DNA from: Balanoglossus misakiensis
Lineage: Eukaryota; Animalia; Hemichordata
DNA length: 64,000 bases
Direction of reading: 5' to 3'
Assembly (NCBI GenBank): GCA_040954595.2
Contig: CM082595.2
Span: 6,226,137-6,290,136 of the forward strand
The notes beneath the pieces are model-generated. The model saw nothing but the letters and a program-made list of their open reading frames with translations. It ran no database searches and was not told where the DNA came from. Below are positions 1-14,700 of the stretch, piece after piece. The first letter of the stretch is position 1; each line of letters opens with the position of its first letter. The translations under genes and the position numbers were made by a program.

Positions 1-209
1 TGTGATAATGGAAGACTTCGAAACAGAATATATTTTAATGATAAAATGAAATGGTGAATTGCTGTCAAAGTTAGGCTTGTTTTCAAATACTTTCCTGGTG
101 CCCTGGTATTTGAATTTTATTTTTTCACGGGTGTTAGTAAGACTTGATATTTACTTGTGACGTCGCTGGTGCTGTGTTGCAATCACTAGATAATGTCATA
201 GGTACATAC

Positions 210-1259
210 CTTACTTTTCTTTTCAAATGCTTGACTCGGAAACAGATGAGTTTGGAGGTGTGATTTTATAAGTCTTGGAGATGCCATCCTTTCCATTGTC
301 TCTATGTTGTCAAACCTAAATAGAAAAAACAAACAAACAAACAAAGAATTGGCTTAAATTATACTGATTTAATGCAGTCAATCTTGTGTGTGATTCCAAT
401 AAGAATTCAAATTCTCTCAAAAAGGCGCTTGTGTGTGATTCCAATAAGAATTCAAATTCTCTCAAAAAGGCGCTTACTTCTGATGTTCGTCGTCATGGAA
501 TTCAAGGAAGGGTATCCGTTCCTCTTGTTTCATAATCCCATCATCGCCAAGCTGCTCTGGGTGCAGCACCATGTCAGCCATTTCCATGACCCAAGTTGTA
601 CCTGCAATGATGGTATAGTTGTTATTTAACAAGACATATGGCACAGCAAAAGGAAAGTATATGGTGTGTCCAGGAAGTTATTACATACCCGAGGCTTATG
701 AGTCCTAGAGGACAATGTGTGGGGACCAATTAGTTTCCGTGTATCATTCCTTCATGGCTAATTTATTTTGTGATACGATCCAATGTGGCAGCTAAATATA
801 AACATAAACAGTTACATATACATAACACCCCCCTTCCCTGCGTTTCGTTCAGCATGACTGATTTGGTCTGTTGGTGTGTTGGACTGAATGTACACTGTGG
901 ATACATCACATGACACTCATGATAGCAGCGACCTTTTCATTAAAAGTCAATATACTCATGCCTCTGATCTGATAGCGAACAGGCTAGACGTCCCTGCCTA
1001 TGGTGCTCTGTCTATGTTGAATCAAACCTGGCTTTCCACCATATCTATATACACATGTACTATACTTACCTTACTTCAAGGAAAACTTACCTGACTTTGG
1101 ATACGTGACGACAAACACGTCATCCTCCCTGCATTCGATGGAATCTCGGTTTTCCAGGACGCTTCGTCTCACCTGCTTGCAGAACAGAACGCCTTCGTAG
1201 ATGTACTGTCCGGGAACTCTATGAGGTTGTTCGCTGCAGGACGCGTCAAGTTTCTCCAT
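210..1259 (-). CDS. Cytosolic (SULT1-like) sulfotransferase, paralogue A; 3' part lies beyond the left edge
   Basis: Exons 1091-1259, 478-601, 210-315 with GT-AG boundaries in phase. Translation has the 5'-PSB loop TYPKSG/TTW and RLIKSHL with the catalytic His. Exon sizes parallel paralogue B. Confidence 0.92.
383..475. repeat. 45-bp direct tandem duplication abutting the exon-2 splice donor of SULT A
   Basis: cttgtgtgtgattccaataagaattcaaattctctcaaaaaggcg occurs twice in tandem. Confidence 0.9.
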
Positions 1260-1530
1260 CGCACTTCGGTGGGGGTCAACGCCACAGCCAAAGTCACCCC
1301 TTGATAGTTAAATTCGACACAGACCCCGTAGATAAATATGAGCACGGGGGAAGACAATTTCATATGTCTGTGATTCACTCGAAAGAGGAGGCACGGATAT
1401 CGCTTCCTATACCACCAAGCTGGAGGTTTCAAATGACCTCCTGAGTGTCAGATACTTCTTGTGGCAAAGGGGAATTCGGGTCAGTGGGGAGCGTGGCGCG
1501 GCGTACAGAGCAAGCGGAAAGATGTGTTCT

Positions 1531-1853
1531 CAAGGTTCTTAGATAGGATTTTATACACGTGGCCGATCATCAAGGTTCTTAGATAGGATTTTATTCACGT
1601 GGCCGATCATCCAGGTTCTTAGATAGGATTTTGTACACGTGGCCGATCATCCAGGTTCTTAGATAGGATTTTATACACGTGGCCCATCATCAAGGTTCTT
1701 AGATAGGATTTTATACACGTGGCCGATCATCAAGGTTCTTAAATAGGATGTTATACATGGCCGATGTCATCAAGGTTCTTAAATAGGATTTTATACACTT
1801 GGCCGATCATCAAGGTTCTTAGATAGGATTTTATACACGTGGCCGATCATCAA
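1531..1853. repeat. 40-bp minisatellite, 8 copies
   Basis: Unit caaggttcttagataggattttatacacgtggccgatcat starts at 1531, 1571, 1611, 1651, 1691, 1731, 1771 and 1811, with few substitutions and no spacers. Confidence 0.97.
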
Positions 1854-2777
1854 TTAAATTGTGACATATTATATAGACTTTGATTGTAGCATATTATTGT
1901 TTGATCCCACACGCGTGGTTATTTGCGAGTTATGATATCACGGTTTGACCCTTGACCCATCACTTTGACACCTTTTATTTGGTGCAAGAGTACCCTAGAC
2001 AAAACTACAACTGAAAATAAACATGTACAATATTTTTGTTGATGGTGGGCGTGGCTCCCAAATGTCTGAATTTTTCGAAGGCACTCTCTATTGGAGCATT
2101 ATTAAGAGAGCCAAGATCATAACAGTCGACGTTCTGTGGTGAGGGTACAATCCTCACATCACGTTCGGAGGAATACGGGCTTGAGATGGGGCAGAAACGA
2201 ATATCAGACAAGTTATTCATATAATAAAATCCATTTATTCAATTTGACATGTCTCAGACAATACCAGCTACCGATGTAGAAAACACCGTATAAAAAGTTT
2301 GCTGGACATTGACTTTCGAGAATTCCAAGAATTGTATAAAGTGTTTGAACTTCTTTAAAAATTTCCTTTAATACGCACCGTAAATGCAGTTTACTGTCAA
2401 CTGCTTTTAAAATTCTGCACCAATGGCAACATTTCCGTTTAATATGCTGAACGAAATAACGTTTCATCCCGGGACGCGAAAGGTGAACATCAGAGTTCGA
2501 ACATGTCACCTCGTACAAACAAAACCACGCGCAAAACCGCAAAGTGAATTACATGTACATAAACTCTTATGTGTGCATTTGTCGACGTGGGTTTGTTTAC
2601 ACAACGGTCAAGCGATTTTATCAGAAGCATGTAGCAGACGAGTCGGCGTCCGACATTTTATTCAGTGAGTGCGTCTCCGATAATCTGCTACCTTGAAATA
2701 GATGATTCAGTCTCAGAACTCTCGATTTACACATTTTTAATGATGCTTTCCTCCGTGGTTTGCTGTCTTCATTCTTG

Positions 2778-5700
2778 TCACCACTCAAACTCCAGATCAC
2801 TGTTGCCAAGACGTTCATGATAGTACTTCTCCATCTCTTCATTTTGAGCCACGGTGAAGTGGTTTTTCCAGTCACCGACTATACCTTTTTATTCAAGAGA
2901 GAGAAAATAAAGTTTTTAGCATTTATCCCTTGCATTCCATCTTATTGTGTTTTATGCTAATTCCAGGCAGTGTTAACCATGTCACGTGACCAAATTGTTT
3001 GTGGCGCCCACCTTTTCTCATAAATGGACTGACGGACGAATCCACGTCCGTCGCGTTTTCCCGGTTCACGGCTGGATTGTTCCTCATGTTCTCAAAGGAG
3101 CAATACTCCACAACTCTATCCACGGTCTGGCTGTCCGCCTTTATGCCCAGAAACGATGCTATCTTCTCCACTGTGCCCCTCTCGTCCTGCCAAAGTTAAT
3201 GAGACTTTTAACACTCACACATTACATCATTAGAAGCAAAAGCTGATGGGTTAAAAACGAAATACCCGATGAAAATACATGATACACGAAATAATGAATT
3301 TTAATGTATGTATGTATGTATGTATGTATGTATGTATGTATGTATGTATGTATGTATGTTTTAATGTATGTATGTATGTATGTATGTATGTTTTAATGTA
3401 TGTATGTATGTATGTATGTATGTATGTATGTATGTATGTATGTATGTATGTATGTATGTATGTATGTATGTATGTATGTATGTATGTATGTATGTATGTA
3501 TGTATGTATGTATGTATGTATGTATGTATGTATGTATGTATGTATGTATGTATGTATGTATGTATGTATGTATGTATGTATGTATGTATGTATGTATGTA
3601 TGTATGTATGTATGTATGTACATGTATGTATGTATGTATGTATGTATGTATGTATGTATGTATGTATGTATGTATGTATGTATGTATGTATGTATGTATG
3701 TATGTATGTATGTATGTATGTATGTATGTATGTATGTATGTATGTATGTATGTATGTATGTATGTATGTATGTATGTATGTATGTATGTATGTATGTATG
3801 TATGTATGTATGTATGCAGTGTGACAGAGGAAATATGTTTTGCAGTATTCATATATGTAGCTTAGCTGAAACTTTTCAGCCAAGCTAAGTAGTTTGCTGT
3901 TATATTTTGACAATTATTTGTATTTCACCTTCTTGACATCTTCATACTTGAGAAACAAAACATTGGGTTCATGACTGTGTTTCCACCATCCCAGATTATG
4001 ACTTGCCCAGCCACCCCAGTTAACTGAAAGAAAAAAGTCATTACAAGTTGAGATTAAATTAATTGCAGCTTGCCTTTTGCTCAATTTCAGAATGTACTAT
4101 CAACATTGTCACTTCACCTCAAAAAGGTGCCGGATCATCAACCCAGTGTTCAGGCCATGACCAGCGGGACTGTAAACTCAAAAAGGTCACCTCATCCGGG
4201 GATATCGCTTGCGCTCGGGATGACGACCGCCATTTTGATTTTCAGGTGAGTGGGGTTTTTATCACATTTTACAAGTGTACTAACAACTTACTATGGTCTT
4301 TCATGTACATTTGAAGGAAATCACTCCATGACCCCTTGTAATATCCAAAAGCAGATGTACTTTTATAGAAATAGTAATAAGATACAGCGTTATCTTTAGG
4401 ATTTCTGCCAACATATATAATCTGAAAATAACAAAAAAATGTGTGACATTACTTAGTATCAAAGTTACAAGAGAATAAAAATGATTACTGAAATTTCGGC
4501 AATCGGGTAAACCATGACGCACGTGTCAATCGCTTGAAGGGGGGGGGGGTGGCATTAGCATGCAGTCATTTTAATTGGGTTATCAATCCCCTACTCTGTG
4601 ATATCCCGGATGCAACTTTAAAGCGGAATGTCGTCAGAACTGCACATGCGCGAATTTTCTGCTCATAAACATACCACCGAGATTGTTCCCACTGTACACG
4701 ACACACGCTTTTCTACCAAAGAGTAATGCTATAGTGCTGGCGTATGTGTGCCGCACAGAATTTACACATTATTTAAGTTATTCGCCCATAGACACGTACT
4801 TTACTCTTCTTTTCAAATGCCTGACTTGGAAACAACTGTGTCGGAAGATGGGATTTTATGAGCCTTGGAGATGCCATGTTCTTCATGTTTTCTACATGAT
4901 CAATTCTTGATGAAAAAAAAACAAGAATAACGTTCACAATTTATGTAGGTGAATCAGTCTGATGATGTCTGAGGTGGAACTTCGCATTATCTTGGCAGTA
5001 TTAAACTACTTGTACGTTTCTTCTTCGGTTCCCTCTAAGCGTGCTGAAATGTCCTGTGTTAAGTTAATCAAAATAGCCTATAATTTAATTGTTGATCATA
5101 TCAGTGTTTCTGTGAACGTGTACACAGCCTTCGTGTAATATATACTATCTCCTCATTCCAAGTAAATGAATAAACAAAAAAATAAATTAATTAATTATTT
5201 AATTAATCCTAGATGCGTTACTTACGTATAGTTGTTCGGATCATGGAATTCCAGAAAAGGGATCCTTTCTTCTTGTCCAGTGATTCCCCCGTTCAGTTGT
5301 TGTGGATGCATCAGCAAGTCTGTCATAGCTAAGATCCATGTTGTACCTGTAAGATGATGAGGTTAGTTTTCCAGAGCAGTTCTTAAAATAGTTGGAAACT
5401 GTTGTCTGGTATTATTATTACACAAGTACGAGGAAGTGTTTGCATGAATGGGCACTTGCGATATGAAACTCGGGCACGATTTAAATCAAACCCTGGTGTC
5501 AGAATTATCCACAAAACGCTATATCTCGATTAGGTAAGGTAACATTCTATTCAACTAATGTCTAGAAAAATTTGTGCTTAGTAAAGAGGTGTCCTGATTA
5601 GAGAGGTGTTTGTAATAACAGGTTCCTCTAGCTAGATACCATAAAGTGAACATTTTGTGAGTTCATGCCCAGACTTCGTTTAACGACATATCCCTTGATA

Positions 5701-6389
5701 TTCCTAACAATAAACAGGTTCAGAGATCTTTACTCAAGAAACTCCGTCCATATTTAATGTATTATCCGGTTGGCCTGACCTATTGTACTTCTTTATTTGC
5801 AATCAAGTTCAGGTCAATTGCATGCCCCTGGTTTAGCTAATATTTAATCTCGACTGGAATCATGGAAGTACCACCTGCTAGAATAATGTTGAGAACATTT
5901 TACTCGCTTATTTTGGTACATCCTCCAATTGCAACACGTCGGCAGTCTGCAAAAGTTTTAGGTCTACAACTAGTCGACACTACTTCACTGTATTATACTC
6001 GAGAAAACTTCGGCCTATTTGCATAAGATTGTACACAATCGATGGAACGACATACAGCCCCTTTGATATGGAAAGAGGGCTGACCAGCAGTCTGTTACTT
6101 AATCACAAGGCTTTAGCGAATTTTGTTCGGTCAACACACACGACAATCATTTGACTAATCAACTCTAATACGTCCATGGACAATTAACGAGTGATCGCTC
6201 GAAGTCACACTTTTCATTTTTCAACTTGCCTGACTTCGGGTACGTCACAACGAAAACGTCATCCTCCCTGCACTCGATCGAATCGCGTGATTCCAAGACT
6301 CCTTGTCTCACAATCTCACTGAACAGAACGCCTTTGTAGACGTACTGTCCAGGCAGCCTGTGCTCGAAATCCTGCTCGCTCGCCTCCAT
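2778..6389 (-). CDS. Cytosolic (SULT1-like) sulfotransferase, paralogue B, complete (~297 aa, 7 exons)
   Basis: Exons 6230-6389, 5226-5346, 4800-4905, 4292-4421, 3929-4023, 3012-3186, 2778-2884 total 894 nt in frame. Motifs TYPKSGTTW, KSHL, RNPKDNAVSYY, LFLKYED, FMRKGIVGDWKNHFT. Confidence 0.95.
3304..3817. repeat. (TATG)n microsatellite, ~510 bp, in SULT B intron
   Basis: Near-pure tatg array; it explains the spurious YIHT/MYVC ORFs. Confidence 0.99.
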
Positions 6390-8125
6390 GGTCAAATCTC
6401 TTAGTACCTCCGTGGTCAATGCTGTTCATTCACTGTCACAGCTTCCGGGCCTACTGGCCTTGATCCTTGAACTCGGCCATTGTGACGCCAGGCCTGAGTA
6501 CCGGTAGATCATCTGCATACAACCGACCCAGTGTGGTACACTGTGGGAGGGTTATATCATAGGGAGCTTAGGAAATGTTGTTGTCTTATAAGACGGGAGT
6601 GACGTTGGGCGACCTAGGTCGTGTTTTCCACGATTATGTTTTTTACAGTTATCTACAACATCGACAACATAGTAAGAAATGACACATTGATTTTTTTTAA
6701 TTTTTTTTATTATCAATCTTAACATCAACAATACCAACAACAACATTTCCTAAGCTCCCAACGGTTATATAATTGATGGACGCGGCCTTGAGTTTTGGTG
6801 GTCGTAATGGTGGTAGGGGATCGTGAACTCCGAAATGTTCCAAATGAAACTGACAGCGCTCATATAGGCCTGCAGTTTCCCCTGTGCTAATGAGTGGAAT
6901 TGATCATGCACTCACCTGATGTAGGATTCAGCTCCCACCATCAGGGCTTATAAGGTCCATATTTGGGTTGCAATGTTTTAATTACTTTCTACTTGCAATG
7001 ATGGTATTGCATACTGAGTGATCGAGTGACAATTCTGTCAGAATTGTTTTTGTCTAGCCTAGATCAAGCCGTATTTTTTCCGCTTTGCTTCCAAAACTAG
7101 TTAAAAAGTTTTGTAAGCAAAGCAGAAAAATACGGATACATACTAGGCTAGTTTTTGTCATTCTTGGCAAATCTCCTATCAAAACACCGAACCATGGGAA
7201 CAAGCATGAATGCCAACTGGACACAAAAATGTCTGATTCAGTTGTCTGCTTTACAGGTTCATAATAGTTTCCAAGGTGAAGGGTTCTGGAATATGTGTTC
7301 AGTATATACAGGTTTCCAGATTTGACAAGGTTTGATTTAGGCACGTTTATTTTTAATGTAAAGATAAAGTTCTCGTTGATCTACATCACAGACTGGCACG
7401 AAAGACCAAACAAAAACAAAAAACACAATGTTTCCGAAATGTCTGGTGTACAGCATTCTGGTATCTTAAAAAAACTTCCCAATATTTAAAATTTGAACAT
7501 GAGTGATAAGAGTACACAATCACCAATTCACTATCGATTTCAATCAAATATTATTTTCTCACATAAACATTAATAACTGAACCATTATTTATGATTCATC
7601 TGCACCTGTTTGAATTACAGTGGTCTTTTTGGCAAGATGATGCAATACTGTTTCGCATGAAGTACTTCAAAATCCAGTAAGGCACACATTATTCCACTAT
7701 TAATTCCACTCCAGCATGGACTTTATAAAATATGAGACATTAGCAAGAAAGGCACATGCAAAGTTTCCTGAAAATTTCCCTGTTGCACTTAATGAAGGAT
7801 TTGTTTTAAAACAGCTGTTTATTTTAATGCATGTGGCACATGAGCAGTTTATACAAGCAGGTAATCTGTTCTGTGAATCATTTTACACGATAGTTTACAA
7901 CCACGATTATAATAAAATGTTTAAAGCCCTGATTCTCGCACATTTGTTGGCATGTATTTGACCGCTTGATTCAGTACAGTTCCCATCATTGCCACTGTAT
8001 CTTTGTCACTGTGAGTTGTGTACTATTTATTTCTTCACAATATTTACTTGTAGCAACTCTCAATAGCTACAAAACTTAAATAGTACAATACATTGACAAT
8101 GCTATGCCTTTCAATAGGCCACTTT

Positions 8126-8190
8126 TATGACCCCTGTGTGACCCCTACATCCTGGCATTTGGTGAGAGTTTACCATTTGGGTTTAAACTC
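8126..8190. repeat. Dispersed repeat fragment, with a reverse-complement copy at ~43028-43094
   Basis: atgacccctgtgtgacccctacatcctggcatttg...taccatttg matches the reverse complement of caaaatggtaaac...aaatgccaggatgtaaaggtcacataggggtcat. Confidence 0.65.
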
Positions 8191-8752
8191 AGGAACAGTC
8201 GACCATAATCTTTCTAAATCCACTCTAACTCATCGCGAAATCAGCTCTATGGTTAGGAGTTGTAAGTTTATGTACTGCTCACTTAATGACAAATATTTCT
8301 TCAAATTACATATTCAAGGATGTGTTATCACATCATAAATAGTTAGTATATTGTTACAATTCATTATTAGTTTATTTTATTCATTTCATTTTACGGAGAA
8401 AAAAGTTACAATTGCAAAATATACACAAAAATTCTCCACAGCCAACTCTACAAGTTTCATATGCAAAAAATCAGTTTTCAGTTTCCATGGCAATTTGGGA
8501 TTAAAAGAAAGAGCTTAGACATTCCTAACTATTGTTAAAATTACTGTACTTTTACAATAACTACTGCAGTGAAACCTATTTATATTTTGTTTCGGAGTTA
8601 TAAAAAATAATTTTATGTGTAATACTTTATTCTTCTGTTTGTACTGTCAATGTGTAAACATCTCAACCCCAAAGAGCAGATTAGATTAGTCTGATAAGAC
8701 TGCAACTTCGACATGCCTGCTGGGTCAACTTAGCATTTTTTCCCAACCATCC

Positions 8753-11700
8753 TTAGTTTTCACCGGCTGATGTGAGAACAGAACTGACGATCGGACTACC
8801 AATCAGTGTTTTCCAAACGATTTCGCCTGTTTCGGTTGCTAGGGAATACATATGCCCATCAAATGCACCAATGTAGAGATATTTTCCATCTTCGCTGAGT
8901 CTTGGCGATGACCATATACCGTTCTCTGTGTCGCCTGTCTGCACCCTCCATAGGATTTTACCATCTGGGATTAAGGATAGTAAATAAATATTAATGTCGT
9001 TTCTGCACACAGTGGATTTAGTTTGTATTAATAATAAATAATTCCATTTTCGCTGGGATTATTTGATGTATCTTTAATGTAAAGAGCTAAGATTAACTGG
9101 AATGAAATAGAAGAACTTTGAAATTTGAGATTTTCATTTACAATACATATCTGCACTAAGTTTTAACTGGGTCAGCACCTCTGGGATAATGAATTGCTAG
9201 TCTTTGTTAGCCTATACAGACACATCATACATTACTTATAAACTTATATGTTGACAGCTGATTTTAGTCCAGACTAGGTTTCAAATATCAACTATAACAT
9301 GGCACTTTACAAGCCTACACACTTTGTTGAGAAGCTTCGTATTTGGCAGTTAAGCATGCTTTAGTGAGTAGAACTAGAAAAAGTAGTTGTTGAATAGAAC
9401 AAAATAGTGAAATAATCATCAAAATTACAGCTACAGTCCCTTTAAAGGTATACGGTCAACTATGGAAAATTAGCTATAGTTACAATGGCAAATTGAGATC
9501 TAGCCAATGACAGATTTTCAGTGGGTGGCACATGTGAAAAAAAGAGCGCCACCATATGTTCTTTAGAACGCTCAAATACGCCATTTCAGCCATATATGGG
9601 CGTATGTAAATTGGAGGTGACTGTACCAGGTATACCTTTAACTTGTCCATGTGTAAACACAACACATACATGTACTACTCACCAGAACTGTTAAGAGCCA
9701 CAATCTTGCCATCCCCAGAACCAATGTAGACAACATCGTTAGGTCCAATATAGGGTGATGACATCACATATCCTCCAATATCACTGACCCATTGAACTTC
9801 TAACGTGTCTTTGTGCAGGCTAATCAATTCACCTTCAGATGTTCCTGCAATCACATAGTTTAAAATTAAAAGCTATCATTCAAATTTTGGTGTGGAAAAA
9901 TTCACAACACTGCCACAATATTTCTCAAACAACCTGTACAATACTTTAAACAAATTTCATACTTTTGTAGTATAGTTGGATTAATATAAGTACAGTGTCC
10001 ACACAATGAAATCAAATGGCAGTATCTCACCAAAAATGATTCCATGAGCTGTCACTGCAGGTGAGGAGTTGATCTCAGCATTGACATTCACTTCTTTTAT
10101 AAGTTTACCATCCCTGGCTCTTCTCGCGTACACAAAGCCATCCAGACTGCAGTAGTATACAACTGAATTATCTTGACTTATCCTCGGAGAGGCAAAGAAC
10201 CCCAGCTCCCCTTGAGATGCAAACTCAAATAAAATCTTCCCTGAAATGATAGAGTTGAAAATTAACTCATACATTGTTACATTTTCTACTAGATTACAAG
10301 TGCTTTTCCCCAAAAGAATGTTGTTGTTCTCAGATGCATTGTTTTGTGAATTTGTGTTCTATTATTTTCTGTACCATGCTCACAAAGAATATTTCCGGTG
10401 AAAGTTCAATCACGGATAAAAAAGTAACATATGAATTTTAATTTTATTTTAATAACCAACATAATGCACCAGAACAGTTCAATGCTGGATAGAAAGTCCT
10501 TTATGAATTTTAAATTTTTATCATTGATAACCAAAATAATGTACCAAAACAGCTGCTTAAAATAATATCTTCCTGAAATTGAAGAATGTCTCCAGGACTC
10601 ACCATCGCTAGCATCAAACATAAACACATTAGGGATGTGTCCACCTCCCATCGCCGTGATGTAAACCACTTCTGTATCCTGAAATTGAGCCACCAACGGC
10701 GACGCCCATATCTCAAGTTTCACGCCTGTTTTCCACTTGAGTTCACCATTGGGTTTCAGTGCGTACATGAACCCATCCAGTCCACCGAAAAAGATGATGC
10801 CGTCTTTACCCAGTGCTGGCGAGCTGACTATGGCGAGGGCTGTAAAATTGATGAATCAAGACAATGTCACTGAAATATATTTGTATGTGTGTGGTCATTT
10901 GAACTATACATCTACTATGCACAGAATTACGATTGTGACAAATGTTCTATAGAATTATATAGCTTTCTGATGATTTTGACATTTCTACAGAGTTCATTAG
11001 AAATAGGATCGAAAACTACAAAGAAATCTACATATATCCTTAGAAGTTTTATTAACTTCAGTAGAAATTCCGTAGGCTATAGAATTCTAAAGATGTCAAC
11101 AGAATGTTTCTTTTCGCATATAGTTTTTGTTTATAATGTGGTCAATTTAAACTACTGTCGGGAAAAATACTGTCTATGTAGGACACAGTGAGTTTAACAC
11201 ACTTTAAATGGTGAATTCTCTTTTATTGGTAATGTCGTATTTCGGTTGTTGCTGCCCTCTAGTGGCAATTGTCATAAATTCTGGTGGTTTGCTGCCCTCT
11301 AGTGGCAACATCATAAATTCTGGTGGTTGCGAAAATAGGCTTGGCCACTGACATATTGATTTCTGTATATTCCAAATAACCCTAGATGAAAGTCAGAAGT
11401 CAGCAAGCACTCCACATGGTCTCTGCATCACTACAACTCGGCACTAATAGTGCGGATACCATTATCACTCTTATTTTACGCTATATTTTATAAAATCGAT
11501 GGCAAATTAATTTCCACATGGGTGGTGTTCACGCAGCAACTTAATGACTGTCATTTCAAATCACCGGTAAAAATATTTTGCGCACTTATCATCCATACTC
11601 GGTTTGGATTGAAACATGAGCAGTCAATTTCGTGAACATGACAAATTGGACGTCCGGAACAAATGGGCTACAATCAAATGATGCGTAAATAACCTTTCTG

Positions 11701-14700
11701 CAATCATAGCGGTTAGCCGATCATAATTTTTATTTTTTAATGAGCTCCACCCTTGATAAGACACAGCTGCTTCCGAATTGTGTTATCTTCCCCCTTTTTT
11801 TATTTTCACAATCATGTATCACTCTCGGAGGGTAGGCTATTGATCTATTCAAAGTTCAGGGCCCAAAGGACAGAATAATCGCGGCACATTCATTTGTTGG
11901 TCATTTTCATTTAAAGGGACAAAGTCGCTCTTTCGCTGCCCTTTTTCCATTAATAATGTTTGATACAAGATACTGTCTATGTTATTCTACATGGATATAT
12001 AGTGCATCAACGTTCAAACAAAATTGATGGAAAAGGGGCAGCAAGAGAGAGACTTTGTCCCTTTACTGCTTGAAACAATGACGGCCAAACCTGCTGTAAT
12101 GATGTTAAAGAGGAAAAATTAACGATGCACTAATTTTGATAAAAAGTAATAATTTGTTTCCGTCGGGGATTTGAAGTCAAGTTCACACAAGTGTGGGAGG
12201 AATACTCTTAGTTTATCATGGCCATGGTCTTACTGGACCTATCACATATGGGAATAATTTATTTTTTAATTTGCGACTGACATCGGCCCAAATTCAATGT
12301 ACAACTATAAAGGTCATTTTCGATAATACTTTCATTTTTTATATTGCTACAGCTTAATCTGAAAGGGGTTCAAGTCATCCAAATACCATCATCAGACAAA
12401 CTGGAGCAATATAAATGATAAAAAGCCATTTTCCATTAATGAGGCCATGTATTAAGTTGTTAAAATGCAAGTGAACATAATCAGCTGAAATTGTTATCCT
12501 TCAGGCTAGTTTAAGCTGAGCTGTCTATGATGTTCACAGATTCTGTCAAGGTTGCCAGTAATGAAGATGCCAAGTGTATCAGCTATGATCCAGGCTATGT
12601 CAAGGAAAGTTCAGCTTCATATCCAAATATAATTTTAAAATGTATTAATACAGTTGTGTTTGTCAGCCTGCTTTTCAATTTCATCAGTATTTGTGGATAT
12701 TTCTACATGGTCTTGCGAAATTTCTGACATTTCAAATAACAGGTTTTGATTTCTGGATTTGAATACTGAGAATAAACTATAATTATGTGCAATCTCGTTT
12801 TTTATCTCAGTGCATAGCCTAACAGCAAAACTGTAGTATATATCTTCTGGCACACCCCCAGATATTGACCAGGATTTACCCAGTCCATCAACACACTCAT
12901 ATTTGAAGCATCAGCAATGTTATTCTGGCTCAAAAATCTTTACATGTAATATGTTATCTCAAAACCAACAAAACACTCAGTGCTTATAATATCAGAAGAT
13001 TAATTTTTGAAATAATCTTCTTTTTATATTTCATATTTTTTTTGTATTTCAAGAGATCTATATTTTATTGAATAATCTTGCACACCAGACCTTTGGAGGC
13101 AAAGATTACTTACCTGTTTCAAAATCCCAAAGCTTACTGCCATCCTTGGCGTTCAGAGCATAGAAGTAACTGTCTTCACCACCAAAATATATCACTTTTC
13201 CATCAGGACTGAAGGTTGGACATGAGCCTAAGTCACTGTTACCTAAAATGAAAGAAATTTACACTAAGACTGTATTGATAATGTACACCAACTGTAATTT
13301 TTTTGAAAACCAGGATTGAAGTTTGTGAAATATGACCAATGAGAGTATCTATCATAATGCATTTTGTGCTACTACATGTCTGTCTTCAAAGCATATAACA
13401 TTTACAATACTGTACCAGAGAAATGTTAAAAGACACCAGTTTTAACACATTTTTTTAAAGTCAAATATATCTGTTTGCATTGCATTAAGTGTCATTGAAA
13501 CATTGCAGCTTCAATTTCCAGTTTCAAGGAGACATTGCAACTTTAATTGAGTTTCATTCAGACAATGAACATTTAAAATACAACAATGAGAATTATTTAG
13601 ACAATGCTGCTTTAACGCATCAAGTTTCATTGAGATTGCAGGGCAGGTTCAATACAGCCAGTTTTAATTCGAATATACCCTGTTGGGTGGCTTACTAAGA
13701 AGAAAATCTGCTTACATTGTGATGTTTGTTATTGCCTAGGGTCAGATTAGATTTAAGGAGCAACTTTTCCTTGACAGATGAAAACTTTGGTCTCTGAGGG
13801 ATATACTTTGATATTTTTGCAGAAATCATACCCGGAAGAAACTAACCAGATAATAGGGATTCTGAAATCCTTATTCAGTGTCTTGAGGCCATCATTAAAG
13901 TTCTTATCAGCACAAACAAGGCAGCATTGTGGCTGTCCTCTCAAACTACACTATTTGTCATTTTTTGTGATGACAGACTGTCGGTTTACATTTCAATACT
14001 CCAATCAGCACTCAATATCCGTCAGAGTTAGTTATTATAAAATCGAATTCTGATATAATAATCTTAACTGCTGTATGGGTGAATGAACACATAAGGGTCC
14101 AAGTCTCAAAGTTAAATTTTTGCGATAACATAATCCCGAATTGATTTTTGGCTTTAAAAAGTCAGCAATTTCCAGTTTTTACCCACTTCAACTGTTAAGG
14201 TGAGATACTTGGCTTTATGACATGAATGGTTTTTGCAGGTTCCCATGTTGTTTTTGACGAGACTATGGCTTTGAAAAATATACAGGAAGCATGCAGTCCT
14301 ATATGTACCTAAGAAATGACTTTACTGGCTTAGTTCATAATCTATCCTGTGTGAACATGAAAACTGTCTACTATCGGGCATTAAAGGTATACGGTCACCT
14401 ATGGAAAATTAGCTATAGTTACCATGGCAAATTGAGATCTAGCCAATCACTGATTTTCAGCGGGTGGCACATACAAAAAAAAGAGCGCCACCATATCTTC
14501 TTTAGAACACTCCGATACGCCATTTCAGCCATATACGGGCTATGTAAATTGGAGGTGACTGTTTACCTTTAAATTTAGAAACTAAACATAACGGCAATAG
14601 CAGTCACGAAATGTGATAAAACAGGCATCACAGGCGTCAGAAACTCTTATCCTCTATATATGGCGAGAGTATTAGCCAAGGAAGGGCTTAGCTGTGATGG

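Noticed and set aside
1531-1853. CRISPR-like array
   Set aside because: Units are head-to-tail with no unique spacers, there are no cas genes, and the context is eukaryotic.
3251-3913. Long YIHT/MYVC ORFs (also at 56208-56619 and 57847-58213)
   Set aside because: Translations of (TATG)n microsatellites in introns.
8093-8338. Extra terminal exon with an RDEL-like signal for the fusion protein
   Set aside because: Wrong phase for the candidate donor at 8764, not terminal, and the propeller already closes before the stop at 8753.
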